Part shown: positions 37,801-50,200 of the stretch, piece after piece | Layout: every line of letters begins with the position of its first letter | Numbering within the stretch: the stretch's first letter is position 1 | NCBI GenBank assembly: GCA_002189035.1 | Contig: NEEC01000226.1 | Location: 1 to 60,824 of the forward strand | DNA from: Utricularia gibba | Lineage: Eukaryota; Plantae; Magnoliophyta | Length of the DNA: 60,824 nucleotides | Direction of reading: 5' to 3' | Position numbers and translations under genes: made by a program | The notes under the pieces: generated by a model | What the model was told of the DNA's origin: nothing | The model's input: only the letters and a program-made list of their open reading frames with translations | The model's database searches: none

Positions 37801-40800
37801 GTTTGGTATCTCGTCGATATCTTGCAAACCGTAGTGAGTCACGCTTTGCTTGATATAGCGTTTCGAAGCTCGCTCCGAGCCGGTCGAATTTCGTGTTCAA
37901 AGTTTCTCCATCCGACGAACCGTTACAGCTCGTATTTTTGCCTGATAATAGCCCACACTTGTGCCACAAAGTGGCCACCACGTACGCGACAATGCGACTG
38001 AGGACACCGCAATCGACGCGAATGTCATTTCATGCATGCAAAACAAATGCATTTCATTCGACGATGTTAAATTTCGGATTTCGAGGCGATCCGTTACAGT
38101 GCTCGGTGGTCCAACCCACACCTCATGATGGCCTCGTGCATGTTTGGTATCTCGTCGATATCTTGCAAACCGTAGTGAGTCACGCTTTGCTTGATATAGC
38201 GTTACGAAGCTCGCTCCGAGCCGGTCGAATTTCGTGTTCAAAGTTTCTCCATCCGACGAACCGTTACAGCTCGTATTTTTGCCTGATAATAGCCCACACT
38301 TGTGCCACAAAGTGGCCACCACGTACGCGACAATGCGACTGAGGACACCGCAATCGACGCGAATGTCATTTCATGCATGCAAAACAAATGCATTTCATTC
38401 GACGATGTTAAATTTCGGATTTCGAGGCGATCCGTTACAGTGCCTCAGGTGCGGTCCAACCCACACCTCATGATGGCCTCGTGCACTGCTTGGTATCTCG
38501 TCGATATCTTGCAAACCGTAGTGAGTCACGCTTTGCTTGATATAGCGTTTCGAAGCTCGCTCCGAGCCGGGAAATTTCGTGTTCAAAGTTTCTCCATCCG
38601 ACGAACCGTTACAGCTCGTATTTTTGCCTGATAATAGCCCACACTTGTGCCACAAAGTGGCCACCACGTACGCGACAATGCGACTGAGGACACCGCAATC
38701 GACGCGAATGTCATTTCATGCATGCAAAACAAATGCATTTCATTCGACGATGTTAAATTTCGGATTTCGAGGCGATCCGTTACAGTGCCTCAGGTGGTCC
38801 AACCCACACCTCATGATGGCCTCGTGCACTGCTTGGTATCTCGTCGATATCTTGCAAACCGTAGTGAGTCACGCTTTGCTTGATATAGCGTTACGAAGCT
38901 CGCTCCGAGCCGGTCGAATTTCGTGTTCAAAGTTTCTCCATCGACGAACCGTTACAGCTCGTATTTTTGCCTGATAATAGCCCACACTTGTGCCACAAAG
39001 TGGCCACCACGTACGCGACAATGCGACTGAGGACACCGCAATCGACGCGAATGTCATTTCATGCATGCAAAACAAATGCATTTCATTCGACGATGTTAAA
39101 TTTCGGATTTCGAGGCGATCCGTTACAGTGCCTCAGGTGGTCCAACCACACCTCATGATGGCCTCGTGCACTTTGGTATCTCGTCGATATCTTGCAAACC
39201 GTAGTGAGTCACGCTTTGCTTGATATAGAGCTCGCTCCGAGCCGGTCGAATTTGTGTTCAAAGTTTCTCCATCCGACGAACCGTTACAGCTCGTATTTTT
39301 GCCTGATAATAGCCCACACTTGTGCCACAAAGTGGCCACCACGTACGCGACAATGCGACTGAGGACACCGCAATCGACGCGAATGTCATTTCATGCATGC
39401 AAAACAAATGCATTTCATTGGACGATGTTAAATTTCGGATTTCGAGGCGATCCGTTACAGTGCCGTCCAACCCACACCTCATGATGGCCTCGTGCACTGC
39501 TTGGTATCTCGTCGATATCTTGCAAACCGTAGTGAGTCACGCTTTGCTTGATATAGCGTTACGAAGCTCGCTCCGAGCCGGTCGAATTTCGTGTTCAAAG
39601 TTTCCATCCGACGAACCGTTACAGCTCGTATTTTTGCCTGATAATAGCCACACTTGTGCCACAAAGTGGCCACCACGTACGCGACAATGCGACTGAGGGC
39701 AATCGACGCGAATGTCATTTCATGCATGCAAAACAAATGCATTTCATTCGACGATGTTAAATTTCGGATTTCGAGGCGATCCGTTACAGTGCCTCGGGGT
39801 GGTCCAACCCACACCTCATGATGGCCTCGTGCACTGCTTGGTATCTCGTCGATATCTTGCAAACCGTAGTGAGTCACGCTTTGCTTGATATAGCGTTTCG
39901 AAGCTCGCTCCGAGCCGGTCGAATTTCGTGTTCAAAGTTTCTCCATCCGACGAACCGTTACAGCTCGTATTTTTGCCTGATAATAGCCCACACTTGTGCC
40001 ACAAAGTGGCCACACGTACGCGACAATGCGACTGAGGACACCGCAATCGACGCGAATGTCATTTCATGCATGCAAAACAAATGCATTTCATTCGACGATG
40101 TTAAATTTCGGATTTCGAGGCGATCCGTTACAGTGCCTCAGGTGCGGTCCAACCCACACCTCATGATGGCCTCGTGCACTGCTTGGTATCTCGTCGATAT
40201 CTTGCAAACCGTAGTGAGTCACGCTTTGCTTGATATAGCGTTCGAAGCTCGCTCCGAGCCGGTCGAATTTCGTGTTCAAAGTTTCTCCATCCGACGAACC
40301 GTTACAGCTCGTATTTTTGCCTGATAATAGCCCACACTTGTGCCACAAAGTGGCCACCACGTACGCGACAATGCGACTGAGGACACCGCAATCGACGCGA
40401 ATGTCATTTCATGCATGCAAAACAAATGCATTTCATTCGACGATGTTAAATTTCGGATTTCGAGGCGATCCGTTACAGTGCCTCGGTCCAACCCACACCT
40501 CATGATGGCCTCGTGCATTGCTTGGTATCTCGTCGATATCTTGCAAACCGTAGTGAGTCACGCTTTGCTTGATATAGCGTTTCGAAGCTCGCTCCGAGCC
40601 GGTCGAATTTCGTGTTCAAAGTTTCTCCATCCGACGAACCGTTACAGCTCGTATTTTTGCCTGATAATAGCCCACACTTGTGCCACAAAGTGGCCACCAC
40701 GTACGCGACAATGCGACTGAGGACACCGCAATCGACGCGAATGTCATTTCATGCATGCAAAACAAATGCATTTCATTCGACGATGTTAAATTTCGGATTT

Positions 40801-43800
40801 CGAGGCGATCCGTTACAGTGCCGGTCCAACCCACACCTCATGATGCCTCGTGCACTGCTTGGTATCTCGTCGATATCTTGCAAACCGTAGTGAGTCACGC
40901 TTTGCTTGATATAGCGTTAAGCTCGCTCCGAGCCGGTCGAATTTCGTGTTCAAAGTTTCTCATCCGACGAACCGTTACAGCTCGTATTTTGCCTGATAAT
41001 AGCCCACACTGTGCCACAAAGTGGCCACCACGTACGCGACAATGCGACTGAGGACACGCAATCGACGCGAATGTCATTTCATGCATGCAAAACAAATGCA
41101 TTTCATTGGACGATGTTAAATTTCGGATTTCGAGGCGATCCGTTACAGTGCCTCGTGGTCCAACCCACACCTCATGATGGCCTCGTGCATTGTTTGGTAT
41201 CTCGTCGATATCTTAAACCGTAGTGAGTCACGCTTTGCTTGATATAGCGTTTCGAAGCTCGCTCCGAGCCGGTCGAATTTCGTGTTCAAAGTTTCTCCAT
41301 CCGACGAACCGTTACAGCTCGTATTTTTGCCTGATAATAGCCCACACTTGTCCACAAAGTGGCCACCACGTACGCGACAATGCGACTGAGGACACCGCAA
41401 TCGACGCGAATGTCATTTCATGCATGCAAAACAAATGCATTTCATTCGACGATGTTAAATTTCGGATTTCGAGGCGATCCGTTACAGTGCCTCAGGTGCG
41501 GTCCAACCCACACCTCATGATGGCCTCGTGCACTGCTTGGTATCTCGTCGATATCTTGCAAACCGTAGTGAGTCACGCTTTGCTTGATATAGCGTTTCGA
41601 AGCTCGCTCCGAGCCGGTCGAATTTCGTGTTCAAAGTTTCTCCATCCGACGAACCGTTACAGCTCGTATTTTTGCCTGATAATAGCCCACACTTGTGCCA
41701 CAAAGTGGCCACCACGTACGCGACAATGCGACTGAGGAACCGCAATCGACGCGAATGTCATTTCATGCATGCAAAACAAATGCATTTCATTCGACGATGT
41801 TAAATTTCGGATTTCGAGGCGATCCGTTACAGTGCCTCGTCCAACCACACCTCATGATGGCCTCGTGCATTGTTTGGTATCTCGTCGATATCTTGCAAAC
41901 CGTAGTGAGTCACGCTTTGCTTGATATAGCGTTTCGAAGCTCGCTCCGAGCCGGTCGAATTTCGTGTTCAAAGTTTCCATCCGACGAACCGTTACAGCTC
42001 GTATTTTTGCCTGATAATAGCCCACACTTGTGCCACAAAGTGGCCACCACGTACGCGACAATGCGACTGAGGACACCACAATCGACGCGAATGTCATTTC
42101 ATGCATGCAAAAAAATGCATTTCATTCGACGATGTTAAATTTCGGATTTCGAGGCGATCCGTTACAGTGCCTCGTCCACCACACCTCATGATGGCCTCGT
42201 GCATTGTTTGGTATCTCGTCGATATCTTGCAAACCGTAGTGAGTCACGCTTTGCTTGATATAGCGTTCGAAGCTCGCTCCGAGCCGGTCGAATTTCAAGT
42301 TTCTCCAACGAACCGTTACAGCTCGTATTTTTGCCTGATAAGCCCACACTTGTGCCACAAAGTGGCCACCACGTACGCGACAATGCGACTGAGGACACCG
42401 CAATCGACGCGAATGTCATTTCATGCATGCAAAACAAATGCATTTCATTCGACGATGTTAAATTTCGGATTTCGAGGCGATCCGTTACAGTGCCTCAGGT
42501 GGTCCAACCCACACCTCATGATGGCCTCGTGCACTGCTTGGTATCTCGTCGATATCTTGCAAACCGTAGTGAGTCACGCTTTGCTTGATATAGCGTTCGA
42601 AGCTCGCTCCGAGCCGGTCGATTTCGTGTTCAAAGTTTCTCCATCCGACGAACCGTTACAGCTCGTATTTTTGCCTGAATAGCCCACACTTGTGCCACAA
42701 AGTGGCCACCACGTACGCGACAATGCGACTGAGGACACCGCAATCGACGCGAATGTCATTTCATGCATGCAAAACAAATGCATTTCATTCGACGATGTTA
42801 AATTTCGGATTTCGAGGCGATCCGTTACAGTGCCTCAGGTGTCCAACCCACACCTCATGATGGCCTCGTGCACTGTTGGTATCTCGTCGATATCTTAAAC
42901 CGTAGTGAGTCACGCTTTGCTTGATATAGCGTTACGAAGCTCGCTCGAGCCGGTCGAATTTCGTGTTCAAAGTTTCTCCATCCGACGAACCGTTACAGCT
43001 CGTATTTTTGCCTGATAATAGCCCACACTTGTGCCACAAAGTGGCCACCACGTACGCGACAATGCGACTGAGGACACCGCAATCGACGCGAATGTCATTT
43101 CATGCATGCAAAACAAATGCATTTCATTCGACGATGTTAAATTTCGGATTTCGAGGCGATCCGTTACAGTGCCTCAGGTGCGGTCCAACCCACACCTCAT
43201 GATGGCCTCGTGCACTGTTTGGTATCTCTCGATATCTTGCAAACCGTAGTGAGTCACGCTTTGCTTGATATAGCGTTCGAAGCTCGCTCCGAGCCGGTCG
43301 AATTTCGTGTTCAAAGTTTCCATCCGACGAACCGTTACAGCTCGTATTTTTGCCTGATAATAGCCCACACTTGTGCCACAAAGTGGCCACCACGTACGCG
43401 ACAATGCGACTGAGGACACCGCAATCGACGCGAATGTCATTTCATGCATGCAAAACAAATGCATTTCATTCGACGATGTTAAATTTCGGATTTCGAGGCG
43501 ATCCGTTACAGTGCCTCAGGTTGGTCCAACCCACACCTCATGATGGCCTCGTGCACTGTTTGGTATCTCGTCGATATCTTGCAAACCGTAGTGAGTCACG
43601 CTTTGCTTGATATAGCGTTACGAAGCTCGCTCCGAGCCGGTCGAATTTCGTGTTCAAAGTTTCTCCATCCGACGAACCGTTACAGCTCGTATTTTTGCCT
43701 GATAATAGCCCACACTTGTGCCACAAAGTGGCCACCACGTACGCGACAATGCGACTGAGGACACCGCAATCGACGCGAATGTCATTTCATGCATGCAAAA

Positions 43801-44384
43801 AAATGCATTTCATTCGACGATGTTAAATTTCGGATTTCGAGGCGATCCGTTAGTGCCTCGGGTGGTCCAACCACACCTCATGATGGCCTCGTGCACTGTT
43901 TGGTATCTCGTCGATATCTTGCAAACCGTAGTGAGTCACGCTTTGCTTGATATAGCGTTTCGAAGCTCGCTCCGAGCCGGTCGAATTTCGTGTTCAAAGT
44001 TTCCATCCGACGAACCGTTACAGCTCGTATTTTTGCCTGATAATAGCCCACACTTGTGCCACAAAGTGGCCACCACGTACGCGACAATGCGACTGAGGAC
44101 ACGCAATCGACGCGAATGTCATTTCATGCATGCAAAACAAATGCATTTCATTCGACGATGTTAAATTTCGGATTTCGAGGCGATCCGTTACAGTGCCTCA
44201 GGTGCGGTCCAACACACCTCATGATGGCCTCGTGCACTGTTGGTATCTCGTCGATATCTTGAAACCGTAGTGAGTCACGCTTTGCTTGATATAGCGTTCG
44301 AAGCTCGCTCCGAGCCGGTCGAATTTCGTGTTCAAAGTTTCTCCATCCGACGAACCGTTACAGCTCGTATTTTTGCCTGATAAT

Positions 44385-47230
44385 AGCCCAGTGCCTGGCC
44401 AGGTGCGGTCCAACCCACACCTTTCATGGATGGGATTTCCGATCCGTTACAGTGCCTCAGGTGGTCCAACCCACACCTCTCGTGCGATATATCTTGCAAA
44501 CCGTAGTGAGTCACGCTTTGCTTGATATAGCGTTTCGAAGATGGCCTCCGCCGACGTTTTCGTGTCGTCAAATGTTTAAAAACCGACGAACAGTGAGCTC
44601 GTATTTTTGCCTGCTAGTGATATAGCGTTTCGAAGCTCGCTCCGAGCCGGTCGAATTTCGTGTTCAAAGTTTCTCAAAGTGGCCTGACCGTTACAGACTG
44701 CGACTGAGGACACCGCAATCGACGCGAATGTCATTTCATGCATGCAAAACAAATGCATTTCATTCGACGATGTTAAATTTCGGATTTCGAGGCGATCCGT
44801 TACAGTGCCTCAGGTTGGTCCAACCACACCTCCACTGATGGCCTCCACCGCTTAGTCGACAAAGTGACGACTGAGGACACAACCGTACGCGAATGTCATC
44901 ACGCTTCATGCATGCAAAACAAATGCATTTCATTGGACGATGTTAAATTTCGGATTTCGAGGCGATCCGTTACAGTGCCTCAGGTGGTCCAACCCACACC
45001 TCATGATGGCCTCGTGCACTGCTTGGTATCTCGTCGATATCTTGCAAACCGTAGTGAGTCACGCTTTGCTTGATATAGCGTTACGAAGCTCGCTCCGAGC
45101 CGGTCGAATTTCGTGTTCAAAGTTTCTCCATCCGACGAACCGTTACAGCTCGTATTTTTGCCTGATAATAGCCCACACTTGTGCCACAAAGTGGCCACCA
45201 CGTACGCGACAATGCGACTGAGGACACCGCAATCGACGCGAATGTCATTTCATGCATGCAAAACAAATGCATTTCATTCGACGATGTTAAATTTCGGATT
45301 TCGAGGCGATCCGTTACAGTGCCTCAGGTGGTCCAAACCACACCTCATGATGGCCTCGTGCACTGCTTGGTATCTCGTCGATATCTTTAGTGAGTCACGA
45401 CTTTGCGCTTTGATATATGCGTTACGAAGCTCGCTCCGAGCCGGTCGAATTTCGTGTTCAAAGTTTCTCCATCCGACGAACCGTACAGCTCGTATTTTTG
45501 CCTGATAATAGCCCACACTTGTGCCACAAAGTGGCCACCACGTACGCGACAATGCGACTGAGGACACCGCAATCGACGCGAATGTCATTTCATGCATGCA
45601 AAACAAATGCATTTCATTCGACGATGTTAAATTTCGGATTTCGAGGCGATCCGTTACAGTGCCTCGGGTTGGTCCAACCCAAGTGGCCACTATCGACGTA
45701 CGCGCTTGACAATCGCGAGCTGAGAATTTCACCGTGACAAAGTTTCTGTCCGATTTCATGCATGCAAAACAAATGCATTTCATTCGACGATGTGATATTT
45801 CGCCCACTTTCTCGAGCCATCCGAAGTGGCCAGTGCACTCGTACGCAACCCACACCTGAGGACACCCAATCGACGCGAATGTCATTTCATGCATGCAAAA
45901 CAAATGCATTTCATTGGACGATGTTAAATTTCGGATTTCGAGGCGATCCGTTACAGTGCCTCAGGTGGGAAAACCCGTAGTGAGTCACGCTTTGCTTGAT
46001 ATAGCGTTTCGAATTTGGTATCTCGTCGATATCTTGCAAAACCGTAGTGAGTCACGCTTCATGCTTGATTCATAGCGTCGACGAACCGCTCCTCGTAGTT
46101 TTGCCTGAATAATCGCCTTCAAAGTTTCGTCCCATCCGACGAACCGTTACAGCTCGTATTTTTGCCTGATAATAGCCCACACTTGTGCCACAAAGTGGCC
46201 ACCACGTACGCGACAATGCGACTGAGGACACCGCAATCGACGCGAATGTCATTTCATGCATGCAAAACAAATGCATTTCATTCGACGATGTTAAATTTCG
46301 GATTTCGAGGCGATCCGTTACAGTGCCTCAGGTGCGGTCCAACCCACACCTCATGATGGCCTCGTGCACTGCTTGGTATCTCGTCGATATCTTGCAAACC
46401 GTAGTGAGTCACGCTTTGCTTGATATAGCGTTTCGAAGCTCGCTCCGAGCCGGTCGAATTTCGTGTTCAAAGTTTCTCCGATCCGACGAACCGTTACAGC
46501 TCGTATTTTTGCCTGATAATAGCCCACACTTGTGCCACAAAGTGGCCACCACGTACGCGACAATGCGACTGAGGACACCGCAATCGACGCGAATGTCATT
46601 TCATGCATGCAAAACAAATGCATTTCATTCGACGATGTTAAATTTCGGATTTCGAGGCGATCCGTTACAGTGCCTCAGGTGTGTCCAATCTTGAAAACCA
46701 CACCTCATGATGGCCTCGTGCATTGGTATCTCGTCGATATCTTGTCATTTCATGCATGCAAAACAAATGCATAGTGAGTCACGCTTTGCTTGATATAGCG
46801 TTTCGAAGCTCGCTCCGAGCCGGTCGAATTTCGTGTTCAAAGTTTCTCCATCCGACGAACCGTTACAGCTCGTATTTTTGCCTGATAATAGCCCACACTT
46901 GTGCCACAAAGTGGCCACCACGTACGCGACAATGCGACTGAGGACACCGCAATCGACGCGAATGTCATTTCATGCATGCAAAACAAATGCATTTCATTCG
47001 ACGATGTTAAATTTCGGATTTCGAGGCGATCCGTTACAGTGCCTCCTGATAATAGCCCACACTTGTGCCACAAAGTGGCCACCACGTACGCGACAATGCG
47101 ACTGAGGACACCGCAATCACGCTGTCATTTCATGCATGCAAAAATGCCATCGACGATGTTAAATTTCATTTCGAGGCGATCCGTTACAGTTCAGGTATCA
47201 TGATGGCCTCGTGCACTTGGTATATATCTT
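44385..47230 (+). other. Patchwork zone of out-of-register monomer fragments, probable consensus artefact
   Basis: Scrambled patches at ~44385-44935, 45380-45420, 45675-46135, 46685-46775 and 47040-47230 alternate with intact monomers. All recognisable pieces derive from the same 346-bp unit. Confidence 0.7.
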
Positions 47231-50200
47231 GCAAACCGTAGTGAGTCACGCTTGCTTGATATAGCGTTACGAAGCTCGCTCCGAGCCGGTCGAATTTCGT
47301 GTTCAAAGTTTCTCCATCCGACGAACCGTTACAGCTCGTATTTTTGCCTGATAATAGCCCACACTTGTGCCACAAAGTGGCCACCACGTACGCGACAATG
47401 CGACTGAGGACACCGCAATCGACGCGAATGTCATTTCATGCATGCAAAACAAATGCATTTCATTGGACGATGTTAAATTTCGGATTTCGAGGCGATCCGT
47501 TACAGTGCCTCAGGTGCGGTCCAACCCACACCTCATGATGGCCTCGTGCACTGCTTGGTATCTCGTCGATATCTTGCAAACCGTAGTGAGTCACGCTTTG
47601 CTTGATATAGCGTTACGAAGCTCGCTCCGAGCCGGTCGAATTTCGTGTTCAAAGTTTCTCCATCCGACGAACCGTTACAGCTCGTATTTTTGCCTGATAA
47701 TAGCCCACACTTGTGCCACAAAGTGGCCACCACGTACGCGACAATGCGACTGAGGACACCGCAATCGACGCGAATGTCATTTCATGCATGCAAAACAAAT
47801 GCATTTCATTCGACGATGTTAAATTTCGGATTTCGAGGCGATCCGTTACAGTGCCTCAGGTGCGGTCCAACCCACACCTCATGATGGCCTCGTGCACCTT
47901 GGTATCTCGTCGATATCTTGCAAACCGTAGTGAGTCACGCTTTGCTTGATATAGCGTTACGAAGCTCGCTCCGAGCCGGTCGAATTTCGTGTTCAAAGTT
48001 TCTCCATCCGACGAACCGTTACAGCTCGTATTTTTGCCTGATAATAGCCCACACTTGTGCCACAAAGTGGCCACCACGTACGCGACAATGCGACTGAGGA
48101 CACCGCAATCGACGCGAATGTCATTTCATGCATGCAAAACAAATGCATTTCATTCGACGATGTTAAATTTCGGATTTCGAGGCGATCCGTTACAGTGCCT
48201 CAGGTGCGGTCCAACCCACACCTCATGATGGCCTCGTGCACTGCTTGGTATCTCGTCGATATCTTACAAACCGTAGTGAGTCACGCTTTGCTTGATATAG
48301 CGTTACGAAGCTCGCTCCGAGCCGGTCGAATTTCGTGTTCAAAGTTTCTCCATCCGACGAACCGTTACAGCTCGTATTTTTGCCTGATAATAGCCCACAC
48401 TTGTGCCACAAAGTGGCCACCACGTACGCGACAATGCGACTGAGGACACCGCAATCGACGCGAATGTCATTTCATGCATGCAAAACAATGCATTTCATTC
48501 GACGATGTTAAATTTCGGATTTCGAGGCGATCCGTTACAGTGCCTCAGGTGCGGTCCAACCCACACCTCATGATGGCCTCGTGCATGCTTGGTATCTCGT
48601 CGATATCTTGCAAACCGTAGTGAGTCACGCTTTGCTTGATATAGCGTTACGAAGCTCGCTCCGAGCCGGTCGAATTTCGTGTTCAAAGTTTCTCCATCCG
48701 ACGAACCGTTACAGCTCGTATTTTTGCCTGATAATAGCCCACACTTGTGCCAAAGTGGCCACCACGTACGCGACAATGCGACTGAGGACACCGCAATCGA
48801 CGCGAATGTCATTTCATGCATGCAAAACAAATGCATTTCATTCGAATGTTAAATTTCGGATTTCGAGGCGATCCGTTACAGTGCCTCAGGTGCGGTCCAA
48901 CCCACACCTCATGATGCCTCGTGCACTTTGGTATCTCGTCGATATCTTGCAAACCGTAGTGAGTCACGCTTTGCTTGATATAGCGTTACGAAGCTCGCTC
49001 CGAGCCGGTCGAATTTCGTGTTCAAAGTTTCTCATCCGACGAACCGTTACAGCTCGTATTTTTGCCTGATAATAGCCCACACTTGTGCCACAAAGTGGCC
49101 ACCACGTACGCGACAATGCGACTGAGGACACCGCAATCGACGCGAATGTCATTTCATGCATGCAAAACAATGCATTTCATTCGACGATGTTAAATTTCGG
49201 ATTTCGAGGCGATCCGTTACAGTGCCTCAGGTGGTCCAACCCACACCTCATGATGGCCTCGTGCACTGCTTGGTATCTCGTCGATATCTTGCAAACCGTA
49301 GTGAGTCACGCTTTGCTTGATATAGCGTTACGAAGCTCGCTCCGAGCCGGTCGAAATTTCGTGTTCAAAGTTTCTCCATCCGACGAACCGTTAGCTCGTA
49401 TTTTTGCCTGATAATAGCCCACACTTGTGCCACAAAGTGGCCACCACGTACGCGACAATGCGACTGAGGACACCAATCGACGCGAATGTCATTTCATGCA
49501 TGCAAAACAAATGCATTTCATTCGACGATGTTAAATTTCGGATTTCGAGGCGATCCGTTACAGTGCCTCAGGTGGTCCAACCCACACCTCATGATGGCCT
49601 CGTGCACTGTTTGGTATCTCGTCGATATCTTGCAAACCGTAGTGAGTCACGCTTTGCTTGATATAGCGTTTCGAAGCTCGCTCCGAGCCGGTCGAATTTC
49701 GTGTTCAAAGTTTCTCCGACGAACCGTTACAGCTCGTATTTTTGCCTGATAATAGCCCACACTTGTGCCACAAAGTGGCCACCACGTACGCGACAATGCG
49801 ACTGAGGACATCGACGCGAATGTCATTTCATGCATGCAAAAATGCATTTCATTCGACGATGTTAAATTTCGGATTTCGAGGCGATCCGTTACAGTGCCTT
49901 GGTCCAACCCACACCTCATGATGGCCTCGTGCACTGTTTGGTATCTCGTCGATATCTTGCAAACCGTAGTGAGTCACGCTTTGCTTGATATAGCGTTTCG
50001 AAGCTCGCCGAGCCGGTCGAATTTCGTGTTCAAAGTTTCTCCATCCGACGAACCGTTACAGCTCGTATTTTTGCCTGATAATAGCCCACACTTGTGCCAC
50101 AAAGTGGCCACCACGTACGCGACAATGCGACTGAGGACACCGCAATCGACGCGAATGTCATTTCATGCATGCAAAACAATGCATTTCATTCGACGATGTT

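Noticed and set aside
44385-47230. Foreign insertion or mobile element inside the scrambled zones
   Set aside because: Every recognisable piece maps back to the monomer, with no terminal repeats, target-site duplication or coding sequence.
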